From Octopus vulgaris (lineage: Eukaryota), in assembly GCA_951406725.2 (NCBI GenBank), contig OX597816.1:6758001-6822000 (forward strand): DNA of 64,000 nt, given 5' to 3'. A program made the position numbers and the translations under genes. Positions within the stretch are counted from its first letter, which is position 1. Each line of letters begins with the position of its first letter. Below, one piece after another: positions 52,556 to 64,000 of the stretch. Under the pieces are notes generated by a model. It was not told where the DNA came from. It made no database searches and was given only the letters and a program-made list of their open reading frames with translations.

Positions 52556-53099
52556 TACAACCTCGCTTGTATATGTTTTTCATCCAGGTTTACTACCAGC
52601 GAAATTACAGCCTTCTGAGAGTCATATTAGGTGGCACATAACGACCTGCACCATCTAAACTATCAACTCCATTGTACCCCGAGTGATCCCTAATGTCTCC
52701 CACACGCTTGCCTTTGTCCCTTAATCACCTAATTTCCTTCTGTCTTCACGGTTTCCTCTTCCACTTCTCCGATCCATCAGATGATGAGATTTATCTCGGC
52801 AACATTAAATATTTGTGAGTCATTTCCAGCTTCTTTATTTTATGGATGGAAGCTTTGAATTCTTCAATCACTGGAACCCATGCATATTTTTTTCTTCTAA
52901 TTTCAATCCTGAAAGCTAACAAAACACTCATTAGATGGCCGAAACCGTTTGGAAGTTAAATGGTTTATCTATGGACATGGTGCATTGGTAACCACTGGAT
53001 ATGAATTTTTGACTTTCTGGTTTCATTTTGTATTTGTTCAGAAAGCCTCTGTTCTCTCCTAACAAAACTTTGTCTCTGGTTATATTTTGGAGTAAATTA

Positions 53100-53332
53100 G
53101 GCGGCGAGCTGGCAGAATCGTTAGCACGCCGGACGAAATGCTTTGCGGTATTTCGTCCGCCACTGCATTCTGAGTTCAAATTCCGCCGAGGACGACTTTG
53201 CCTTTCATCCTTTCGGGGTCGATAAATTAAGAACCAGTTACGCACTGAGGTCGATGTAATCCACTTAATCCGTTTGTCTGTCCTTGTTTGTCCTCTCTGT
53301 GTTTAGCCCCTTGTGGGTAGTAAAGAAATAGG
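53100..53332 (+). mobile_element. SINE family C with TSD
   Basis: Flanking direct repeat tattttggagtaaatta. A headless dimer of the same family lies at 54360-54620. Confidence 0.9.
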
Positions 53333-53365
53333 TATTTTGGAGTAAATTAAAAACAAAATGTGCAC

Positions 53366-53435
53366 CACGGAAGGTCGTCATCGTCCCAAGATCCCTTCCT
53401 GGAACGTTCCTTCCCCGAACTGCATCCCTCAACAC
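53366..53435 (-). CDS. Weak candidate upstream exon
   Basis: GC-rich unique island with ttcAG acceptor but a poor pyrimidine tract and a weak donor (GTGCAC or GTGGTG). Reads VLRDAVRGRNVPGRDLGTMTTFR or GVEGCSSGKERSRKGSWDDDDLP. Confidence 0.2.
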
Positions 53436-53985
53436 CTGAATTCACATTCGACACATAAATTCGATCTCTTTGAACTAAATGATAACATCGCCAAATTATA
53501 ATCGATTCTACCAACACATTTTCACAAGGAAACTAAATTTCTTTCGTTCTTGGTCAGACACAGGACTTAATGAAACACTAACAATGGAAATCAATTAATT
53601 GTACAACACTAACGCCACCTATAAAAACAATGAATCTCTGTTATTAGTGTTAGATGTAATAACGGCGATTTAGTGAAGATGCATGGCTATGAATTTTGAA
53701 TAATACATATTCTTGCTTGTGTTAAACTAACGACCAAATTAACCTTCTTATCGCGTACAGAGATAATTAATGCAAAATAATGGAATAACTATATTTCTTG
53801 TAATTTCTAAAACTACTTCCAGCTCAAAAGGTTTTGTGGAATGAGTTCACACAAGTGTCAACATTGTGAATTTATATTTCCGTTTTGAATGGAATTAAAA
53901 GTTGTATTCATATACCTAACGTTAATATTCTCTTCGAGACGTTAGCAACGACTACGACGCTATCGACGGCGACGACGACGAAGAC

Positions 53986-54031
<46 letters not shown>

Positions 54032-54044
54032 GTGATGGTGATGG

Positions 54045-54087
<43 letters not shown>

Positions 54088-55789
54088 ACAGTTGTTTCAT
54101 ACGAAAGTTAGAGGAATCAGATCCGATCTCAATTGACAGCTAATTCACTGTCATTTCTCTCAAATCTCTGTCCAACATTTGGTGCCATAAACATACATCC
54201 TCCTGGACTAACAACGATCTCTGCACTAATTCCCTCTAAACCGGTGGTACTCAACCTGAGTCCGTATGGCCCTTCCTTTTCATCCTTTAGAAGGAACAGT
54301 TGTTTGTTCCTTCATAAGGGCCGGTTTCCCAGTTTCCTTAGCGTATAGGTTCCCCCACCTATAATCGACTTAATCCGTTTGTCTGTCCTTGTTTGTCCTC
54401 TCTGTGTTTAGCCCCTTGTGGGTAGTAAAGAAATAGATATTTCGTCTGCCGTTACGTTCTGAGTTCAAATTTCACCGAGGTCAACTTTGCCTTTCATCCT
54501 TTCGGGGTCGATTAAATAAGTACCAGTTACGCACTGGGGTTCGATGTAATCGACTTAATCCGTTTGTCTGTCCTTGTTTGTTCCCTCTATGTTTAGCCCC
54601 TTGTGGGCAATAAAGAAACAGGTATTCTGTCTTCTAACACGACATCTATTTTTAAAGGAGAATAAATATCACCTTTTGCTATTAATGCAGCTTCTATTAA
54701 TTAATTCGTTTAATGTTTCTGTTCCTGGTGTGTCGTTAGCAGACCACAACATTTAGTCAGTAATTTACATATAGGAAGACTTTTGTGCCAAACCTAAATA
54801 AAGTTCTCTGATAATGTTAAAGAGATGTCTGGGAGTTTGGGAAAGAGGAGAAATAAACAAGATAGGGTCGCTTTCAACTTCACATATTTCAGGGAGAAAA
54901 TCTGAAGTAGAGAAAAATAAAATAGAAACAAAACGATTGATTGGTGCAGCTCTTTGAGATTGCTAGGTTAATGGAGTAGGTCTTATGGAATTGCGAGGTT
55001 AATGGAGAACCTCTTACGAGATGTTGCCATACAATGGAAACCGTCATTTAACAGAAAGAAGAAGAATCTCGAAGAAAAATTTTATCGAGGTAAAAAATAA
55101 AATATAAAATTGGTGTCTGGATGAGATAAAAATTAAAATGTCTTTTTATGATTGACAAGCATGTTGTTCTTTTATGTTTGTTTGTTTTTTTTTATTTTGT
55201 CAATGTCACACCTCTTTAATAATCTCAACAGATAATGGTTATATTGGAGCCAAATATATATGAGTCATTTATAATTTATAAATCCATGACATATAACTCT
55301 TATAAGATGGTATTCAATTTCGTTCAGAAATTCTTCTTCACAAAACACAGAAAATACAAAGCCATTGTTTCTTAAATTGAAGTTTTCAAGTGGAGCAGCA
55401 AGAATCTCGTTGAGACTCTTGAGACACTGTCTGGCGTTAAACAAGTGAATAAGAACTTGTAGTCATAGAGAATGGCTGAAGAATATGGAGATGGAGAGTT
55501 TTTCCGTTTTAGAAAAATTCTCATCAGCCACCACAAACTGAAAACGTGAAATAACCAGTTGGATGTAATATTGAACTAGCAACCAGGCAGACGTGATTTC
55601 AAACCCTCTGCATAATTTTTATAGGGTTTCCAAGCAGTAAAGTCCGTTAGGAATTCCTCACAATATATAAACATAATAAAGCCATTGTGTCATACATTTA
55701 ATGCAGGGCTTATCTCAATTTATTTTATGTTATAAAGTGGATGAGAGAATAATCTCACCTTAGTGGGATTCTGTTAATCTGAGACCATA

Positions 55790-56045
55790 ATCATCATCAT
55801 TTAACATCCGTTTTCCATGCTTGCATGGGTTGGACGGTTCGACCAGGGTCTGGAAGCCGTGGAGGCTGCTCCAGGCTCCAGTCTGATTTGGCAGTGTTTC
55901 TACAGCTGGATGCCCTTCTTAACGCCAACCACTCCGTGAGTGTAGTGGGGTGTTTTTTTACGTGCCACCGGCACAGGGGCCAGATCAGACTGGCAGACGG
56001 CCACGATCGGGTGGTGCTTTTACGTGTCACCGACACGGACATGGT
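55790..56045 (-). mobile_element. Retroposon family D (tail ending in (TGA)n)
   Basis: Core gagtggttggcgttaggaagggcatccagctgtagaaac...gcatggaaa.cggacgttaaatgatgat. Other copies at 60890-61203(+), 61700-61905(-), 63004-63178(+) and 63735-63928(+). Confidence 0.85.
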
Positions 56046-56991
56046 AATGATGATGATTTCTAAAACCTAAATCAACTGAAGTCTTGTACAACAAAATATC
56101 TTTTCTAGAAATAACAAAATGTTTTCGTCTGATTCCAATTCACAACCAAGAAATCATTTAATCCAACATTTTACAAGAACAACTATGGCAGATGTAACAA
56201 ACCCCAGAGTTATAAAAGAAGCTGAGATAGCTATAAACAAACTCCATCCTGACTGGTGAACTCCTTAATATCACAAGTATATCTTTTATGATACACTCCG
56301 GCTATTGCTGTCCTTACATAAAGCACAAGGCTACCTTTCTGATGTATTGCACTTGTAACACATCAAATCACAAATGATTTCTATTTCAATCCCCAAACTT
56401 TATTTCAATAATGATATTGGTAAGGCATGAACATCGTGAAATCTCGTTTCTTCTACCTTAAAGATATGAGACCAAATGACAAAAGTTATTCAGTTTTAAC
56501 TGAAAAGTTTAATAATTTCTTATTGATTCAGTACAAAACCCTATATTTATGAGAAAGATAAATGGTATGTGGTGACATACATGCCTTTCCCAAAAGGCAT
56601 TGGTGACGTCAGTGAAGAGAAATGGCTCTCACCAAGAGTGAAGCCACACTGTGATCTCAGTTTGCTGGGAATTTGCTTTTCAGTTCACAACACTTACCAC
56701 AAATATGGATTAATAATTCTAACCAAAGGCCCCCACCCCATGTGTAGAAGGGTAGGTAAAGTTGACTGAATTAACTCCAGGATTGTGTTTCATATTTATT
56801 TCATTGATCTCAGGGGGTGAGGTGTCGCCCATAATCCTGCAGCCATAGAGTGGGCCAGCTCTCCTCAACATGCTGCTCTGAACATCATCAGAAGGGGCTT
56901 CAGTGCAGCCGGCTTCCCATCGCAATTGGAGATGGCAGGTATTGACCACACGGATGGGTAAGTACCCCAATGGAATATTCTCTTCCCATAT

Positions 56992-57244
56992 GACCGGTAA
57001 CAGGACACGATCAGTAGCAGGACAGGACCGGTAGCAGGACACAACCAGTGGCAGGACACAATCGGTGGCAGGACTTGACCAATGGCAGGGCATAGTTGAT
57101 GGCAAGACACGACTGGTGACAGGACACGACCAGTGGCAGCACATGATCGGTGGCAGGATATGACCAGTGGCAGGACTTGATCAATGGCAGAGCACTGCTG
57201 GTGGTAGGACACAACCGGTGCCAGGACACAACCGGTGGCAGGAG
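56992..57244. repeat. 17-bp minisatellite, about 15 units
   Basis: Consensus gaccggtggcaggacac. Confidence 0.93.
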
Positions 57245-57753
57245 AAACCTGAGGTGTTTTGGGACCCTACACTGTTGATTTCCTCTCCAAAATCAAGACG
57301 ACAGTGGTCCATCTGAGAAATGAGCCCTACCAGATGGGAGGACCATTGCAGTAAGTGTCCCTGGATAATTTCTGGAGCAATGCCTTTGCAATTATGGCTG
57401 CAAGATGTGGCTAAACACATCATTTGGACTGGGGTGTCCAACCCATTACCCTTTCCCACTATCTTTTGTTACTTAATTCCGCCTTTTTTTCTTCATTTCT
57501 TTGAAGTAATTCTGGGTTTTGGGGTTTTCTTTTTTTCAATAATTTAATCTTTTATATTTGTAATTTTTGTCATTCTTTTCTTCTTTTTCCTTTTAATTTA
57601 TTTTTTCCTGCTTTTGTTGTTTTTCAATCATTTTCTCAGTTGAAAGATCAAGTCTGTCCCAAAATTATTTTTCAGCATTCAACCACAGATTGATAACTTT
57701 TTGTTTCACTGAAGAAAAATTGAACTGATATTATTCATTCGATTAATTTTATA

Positions 57754-57925
57754 ACAGGAGTGGCTGTGTGGTAAGTAGCTTGCTAACCAACCACATGGTT
57801 CCGGGTTCAGTCCCTCTGCGTGGCATCTTGGGCAAGTGTCTTCTGCTAGAGCCCCGGGCCGACCAATGCCTTGTGAGTGGATTTGGTAGACGGAAACTGA
57901 AAGAAGCCTGCCATATATATGTATG

Positions 57926-57958
<33 letters not shown>

Positions 57959-58168
57959 TTGTGTGCATGTGTTTGTCCCCCTAGCATTGCTTGACAACCG
58001 ATGCTGGTGTGTTTACGTCCCCATCACCTAGCGGTTCGGCAAAAGAGACCGATAGAATAAGTACTGGGCTTACAAAGAATAAGTCCCGGAGTCGATTTGC
58101 TCGACTAAAGGCGGTGATCCAGCATGGCCGCAGTCAAATGACTGAAACAAGTAAGAGAGTAAAAGAGT
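57754..58168 (+). mobile_element. SINE family B
   Basis: Matches the family consensus. Confidence 0.92.
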
Positions 58169-58297
58169 ATATATATATATATATATATAACTGAATTAAT
58201 GGCAAATAAAGTTCTGTCTACTTTTAAAAAAAGGACAAAACTGTATTTTGTCACACATTCAATCCTGTATCACCACCACCACTCAGATTTTGGTACC

Positions 58298-58860
58298 CAC
58301 CGAAGACATGCGTAAGCTCGCAAGGAATGAAGCCAGTATGCTCTGCTGGATGTGTAACGTCAGTGTGAATACTCGACAGAGTATAAGTACCTTGAGAAAA
58401 AAGTTGGACCGAAGAAGCATCAGATGTGGTGTGCAAGAGAGACGACTGTGCTGGTGTGGTCATGTGGCGAGAATGGATGAGGATAGCTGTGTGTTAAAGT
58501 GCCACACCCTAGCGGTTAAGGGAACCTGTAGATGAGGTGCTGAAGCACGACCTTCGAACATTAGGCCTCACCGAGGCAATGACTAGCGACCGAAGCCTTT
58601 GGAAATATGCTGTGCATGAGAAGACCCGGCAGGTCAAGTGAGACCATAACCTGTAGCCTTTACCTGGGATGTAGCCAGTTCACTTATGCATACCTTTCCT
58701 TCTTGGGACACAAAACTCTGCTTGTGAAGACCTGTTGAGGCAAGTGAAATCAAAATCGAAATCGAGATCAAATTCGATGACTGGCATCCGTGCTAGTGGA
58801 GCACTAAGAGCACCATCCGAGCATGATCGTTGCCAGAGTAGCTGGCGTTAAAGCGGACGT
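58298..58860 (+). mobile_element. RTE-clade LINE 3' fragment with UTR
   Basis: EDMRKLARNEASMLCWMCNVS...LRKKL...I...VQERRLCWCGHVARMDEDSCV. Confidence 0.85.
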
Positions 58861-59148
58861 TTTTTATGTGTGTGTGTGTGTGTGTGTGTAATTCAAAATA
58901 TAAACAATTATAAACCATACAAATAAATTCTTATTTTTCAAAATGAAACAAAACTAACAGAAAGATGGAAAATAATATTTTTGTATATCTTTTGTGTCTT
59001 GGGTGAGTCATTATGCCAATAATAACACACACACTGGTTCAATATCACTTCTTTATTGTTAGTCAGTTGATTAAATATCTAACCAAATAAATTAATCAAT
59101 TGCTTGTTTAACATGTTGGTTAAACAGTCAATTAATTATTTGTTTGTT

Positions 59149-59190
59149 AATCAAAGTTTTTTGTTGCTCTTCGCAACCTTTTCAGTGACT
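59149..59190 (-). ncRNA. Degenerate hammerhead-like motif related to 19654-19690
   Basis: AGUCA-CUGAAAA-G-GUUGC-gaaga-GCAAC-AAAA-AACUU-UGAUU. Same helix II as the 19654 copy. Confidence 0.35.
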
Positions 59191-59640
59191 CAGTGACTTC
59201 CTTTCTCACCCCAAGATCTACTTTTTAAAAAAAATTAGCAACAACACCAGTGACAGAAACTAAGCTCTTCTGCTCTTATCTAACCAGGTAAATGTGCAAC
59301 CATCTTCAGAAGAAAAGAGTTCACCAATGTTCTTAGAGTAATAAAATAATCTAATTTAAATGCATAAAATTTGGCTTCTCTATAAAACACCTGCAATTTT
59401 AAATGATTCCAATATCTTTGACTGGAAATTATCAATAACAAAACAAACTGAAGGAAAATGTTTCAACTTCTCTGTCTGAAAAATAAATACAATTCTTTTG
59501 TCTCAACTAAAATCATTTTAATTTAATCAGCAATAATTTAGTTACGTCTAATATTCCTGAAGGATGTCTGTTCCATTGGCTTTCACCAACAATAATTGTA
59601 TTCCACTGAGTTAGCACCGTATGATGGTGGTACTCTTCTG

Positions 59641-59694
59641 GGAGACAGACAGACAAGCAAGGACAGGGAAAGAGAGAGAGACAGGGAGAGAGAC

Positions 59695-59727
<33 letters not shown>

Positions 59728-59742
59728 GAGATACAGACAGAC

Positions 59743-59787
<45 letters not shown>

Positions 59788-60148
59788 GACAGACAGACAG
59801 AAAGAGACAGAGACAGACAGACAGACAGACAGAGACAGACAGAGACAGAGACAGACAGAGACAGACAGACAGACAGACAGAGACAGACAGACAGACAGAG
59901 AGAGAGACAGACAGAGACAGACAGACAGACAGACAGAGACAGACAGACAGACAGACAGAGACAAACAGACAGACAGAGATACAGACTCAGAGAGACAGAG
60001 AGACAGAGAGAGAGATACAGACAGAGAGAGAGATACAGACAGAGAAAGAGATACAGACAGAGAGAGAGATACAGACAGAGAGAGAGAGAGAGACAGAGAG
60101 AGACAGACAGACAGACAGTGACAGACAGACAGAGACAGACAGACAGAC

Positions 60149-60181
<33 letters not shown>

Positions 60182-60216
60182 GAGAGACAGACAGACAGAC
60201 AGAGAGAGATACAGAC

Positions 60217-60265
<49 letters not shown>

Positions 60266-60298
60266 GACAGACAGACAGACAGAGAGAGACAGACAGAA

Positions 60299-60343
<45 letters not shown>

Positions 60344-60505
60344 GACAGACAGACAGAGACAGACAGACAAAGAGAGAGATACAGAGAGAGACAGAGAGAG
60401 ATAGACAGACAGATAGACAAACAGGCAGAGATAGAGACAGATACAGAGACAGACAGACACAGATTGACAAGCAGACAGACAGACAGGCAGACCGGGACAG
60501 AGAGA
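59641..60505. repeat. About 860-bp (CAGA)n/(GA)n compound microsatellite
   Basis: Direct reading. Confidence 0.97.
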
Positions 60506-61693
60506 GTGAGGTGACACAGTTTTAAAGCTTCAAATCCTGGGCCAGCAATTTCCCTTCCTCCTTATGTGGGGTTGCACGGCTTGGTGGTTAGAGTGTGGGA
60601 CTCATGATCGTAAGATTGTGGTTTCTATTCCTGGGGCTGGGCGATGTGTTGTGTGCTTGAGCAAGACCCTTCATTTCATGTTGCTTCAGCCCACTCAGCT
60701 GGCAAAAATGAGTAATTTTGTGACAGATCAGCGTCCTGTCCAGGTGAGGAAGATGTATGTGCCAGAGAAACAGGGGAACCAGATTTATGCTCCTTATCAA
60801 GTAATGTAGACTAACCTTATCTAAAAATGAAAACAAAACTGAATAAATCCTTAACAACCATTAATCAATGAGTTAGGGGTTCAAATCCATGATGTGCTGG
60901 TGGCACGTGAAACATTCAAGCGAGGTCATTGCCAATGTCACCAGACTAGCTCCTGTGCAGGTGGCACATAAAAAGCACCATTTCGGCATGGCCGTTGCCA
61001 GTGCCACCTGACTGACTCCTGTACTGGTGGCACGTAAAAGCACCCGCTACACTCTCAGAGTGGTTGGCGTTAGGAAGGGCATCCAGCTGTAGAAACTCTG
61101 CCAGATCAGATTGGAGTCTGGTTCGCCAGACCTCAGTCAAATCGTCCAAGCCATGCTAGCATGGAAAGCGGACATTAAATGATGATGATCATCATCATCA
61201 TGATGACAGGCCTTTGACTTTTGAGGACATGTCCCTTTCTTCAAGATTTATGTTTGATCACCTGTCCATTGCATGTACAAATCTGTCTTTTTAAAAGATC
61301 ATTAAAGTTAATTACATACACACACACACATACACTAAACTCAAACAGCTGACTCTGTTACCCTCAAAACACAGGATAAATCTTGTTTGCTCCTTGGGTC
61401 TGTGAATAAAAAAATAAAAGGAGTCCACCAGGATAATTTACTTCAGGTAACCAAACAATGAGGAGGCCCTATGGTAGAAATATCAACTAGATCTCCCTCA
61501 AAGCACACCCTACTCATGGGAACAATACATTGATTAATGTACTCCTAGGTATATTTTGAAAAACCTTTGATTGTATTTCTCTTCATCAAGGTTGACTGGA
61601 ATTAAATAACAACTCTCACTACATTGGACGAAGTCTTTGAAGGTAACTGAACCAGCCTCAGCAAGGTCGTCGTCGTCGTCATCGTCATCGTCG

Positions 61694-61727
<34 letters not shown>

Positions 61728-62235
61728 TTAACGTCCGTTTTCCATGCTGGCATGTGTTGGATGGTTTGACTGAGGTCAGGAAAGCCAGTGGCTGCACCGG
61801 GCTCCAATCTGATCTGGATGCCCTTCAGCTGGATGCCTTTCCTAATGCCAACCACTCTGAAAGTGTAGTGGGCGTTTTTATGCGCCTCCAGCACAGGAGC
61901 CTATCAGAGGGTAATAGCATCAGAGCCATACAAATTGACTTGCTCCAGAAATTTCCAAATGGTTCTCTTATAACCCAGGGGGTCACAATTTATCTACCTG
62001 TCCGCCTGTTTCTGGAAATAGATTAAGCCAAACATCCAAACATCACCTGAGAGCACACTAGGCACATACTACATCCCCTCTCTTTGCTCACCTCCTCCAC
62101 CACCTCTCAGAACCACTTCTATTTATCCTTATCTTCCTTGGCCACAATTTCCACCAATCACCCCTTTTCTGTGCATTTAGCCCTTGCTCTCTCCCCTCTG
62201 CTATAATCCATCCTTTACACCTCTCTTATCTTTCC

Positions 62236-62650
62236 TGTTTCTTTATTGCCCACAAGGGGCATACACACAGAGGGGACAAACAAGGACAGACAAATGGATT
62301 AAGTCGATTACATCGACCCCCAGTGCATAACTGGTACTTAATTTATCAACCCCGAAAAGATGAAAGGCAAAGTCGACCTGGGCGGAATTTGAACTCAGAA
62401 CGTAGCGGCAGACGAAATACCTATTTCTATTTCTTTACTTCCCACAAGGGGCTAAACACAGAGGAGACAAACAAAGGCAGACAAACGGATTAAGTCGATT
62501 ATATCAACCCCAGTGCGTAACTGGTACTTATTTATCGACCCCGGAAGGATGAAAGGCAAAGTCGACCTCAGCAGAATTTGAACTCAGAACGTAACGACAG
62601 ACGAAATACCGTTAAGCATTTCGCCCGGCGTGCTAACATTTCTGCCAGCT
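62236..62650 (-). mobile_element. SINE family C dimer inside a single TSD
   Basis: Flanking direct repeat cacctctcttatctttcc; one head and two bodies. Confidence 0.9.
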
Positions 62651-63147
62651 CACCTCTCTTATCTTTCCATCACCCTCTATGTCCTTGCATATCTATCACA
62701 GCCCCACTAAACCACTCCTATATCTCACACCATCACTTGCTACAGTCACCTCTAGCCCATCTCTTCTAACACTTGTATAAAACTCCCCTTCTATACCACC
62801 CTGCCCACTCACACAGTCTAGTCCACTATGTCACTTCACCTCTGTTCACCCCCAATTGTACCTTGGGTGTACAGCTGGGGGTGAATAAAGCCAAAGATGT
62901 CCCAACACATCTCCACCTCCATCTCTCTGTCTATCTAGCTAGCTAGCTGTTTATCAGTTTATCCATCTATTTATTTATCTATCTATCCATTTATCTATAC
63001 ATCTACACTCTCGGAGTGGTTGGCGTTAGGAAGGGCAGCCAGCTGTAGAAACTCTGCCAGCTCAGATTGGAGCCTGGTGCAGTCATCTAGTTCGCCAGTC
63101 CTCAGTCAAATCGTTCAACCCATGCTAGCATAGAAAACAGACGTTAA

Positions 63148-63179
<32 letters not shown>

Positions 63180-63282
63180 CTATCAATCTATCCACCTATC
63201 TATCTATCTATCTATCTATCCATCTCTCTATCTATCTACCTATCTATCTATCTATCTACCTATCTATCAATCTATCCATCTC

Positions 63283-63332
<50 letters not shown>

Positions 63333-63367
63333 CATCTCTCTATCTATCTACCTATCTATCTATCTAC

Positions 63368-63400
<33 letters not shown>

Positions 63401-63447
63401 CATCTATCAATTTATCTATCTATTTATCTATTTATCTATCTGTCTGC

Positions 63448-63660
63448 CTGAAGAAAGACCCAAACAAGGGGGACATAATAGATAACTTCAGGCCCATCAC
63501 TCTGCTCAATACAGACTTGAAGATTTTGGCCAAATTGTTAGCCAAAAGGTTGGTGCTTGTCATCAAGAAACTGGTCGACAAGGCACAAACGTGCACCATG
63601 CCGGGCTGGAGTATCCATGACAACCTCTATCTGATGCGCTACATCATAGACAGGGTACAA
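63448..63660 (+). mobile_element. Tx1/L1-clade LINE RT fragment following a (TCTA)n array
   Basis: NFRPITLLNTDLKILAKLLAKRL..VIKKLV..AQTC..PG.SIHDNL.LMR.II. Confidence 0.85.
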
Positions 63661-64000
63661 AGCCGCCTCCCTCAAAACTACTCCCTACTCCCAGTCAAGG
63701 GGTCTTTGTCTTACAAGTTACTTGGTGACCCTCCACCAGTGCTGGTGCCATGAAAAAAGGCACCCAGTACATTCTGTAAATTGGTTGGTATCAAGAAGGA
63801 TATCCACTCATACAAACCATACTGAATCAGACAAAGGAGCTCGGGACAGCCCCTTGGCTTACCAGCTCCTGTCAAACCGTCCAACCCCTGCCAGCATGGG
63901 AAATGGACATTAAATGATGATGATGATAATCCAAAGGTTTTTCTGATATTTTTCCAATGATTGTGACTCCTCTCTATTGAAGCTTTGCCATTTCACTGCA

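Noticed and set aside
56992-57244. Regular short repeats resembling a CRISPR array
   Set aside because: Units are contiguous with no unique spacers, there are no cas genes, and the context is eukaryotic.

Overview
AT-rich, extremely microsatellite-rich eukaryotic genomic DNA. The (TA)n/(CA)n/(TACA)n/(ATG)n density and the tRNA-derived SINE families suggest a coleoid cephalopod, probably Octopus; this is an inference from pattern recognition, not a search. Nearly all of the supplied ORFs are microsatellite artefacts. The window appears to be the intronic 3' part of a minus-strand gene, with short candidate exons at 35402-35443, 22644-22683 and 12934-13018 and a terminal exon starting at 1577. 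It is packed with TE relics: at least four SINE-type families, LINE fragments (R4/Dong, CR1/L2-like, RTE, Tx1/L1), two related solo LTRs, a full-length decayed hAT nested in another hAT, mariner and maT/DD37D relics, two Helitrons and a Helentron-type element. The most interesting signal is RNA-structural. Several Penelope-type minimal hammerhead ribozyme motifs with self-complementary helix III are present, and one sits in a perfect 372-bp palindrome so that it is encoded on both strands. At 6721-6783 (minus) all three hammerhead strands are present with in-register helices but in a C-B-A order, which is not a circular permutation of hammerhead types I/II/III; this is a candidate new pseudoknotted hammerhead topology. 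Coordinates were counted by hand and the ends of degenerate repeats are approximate.
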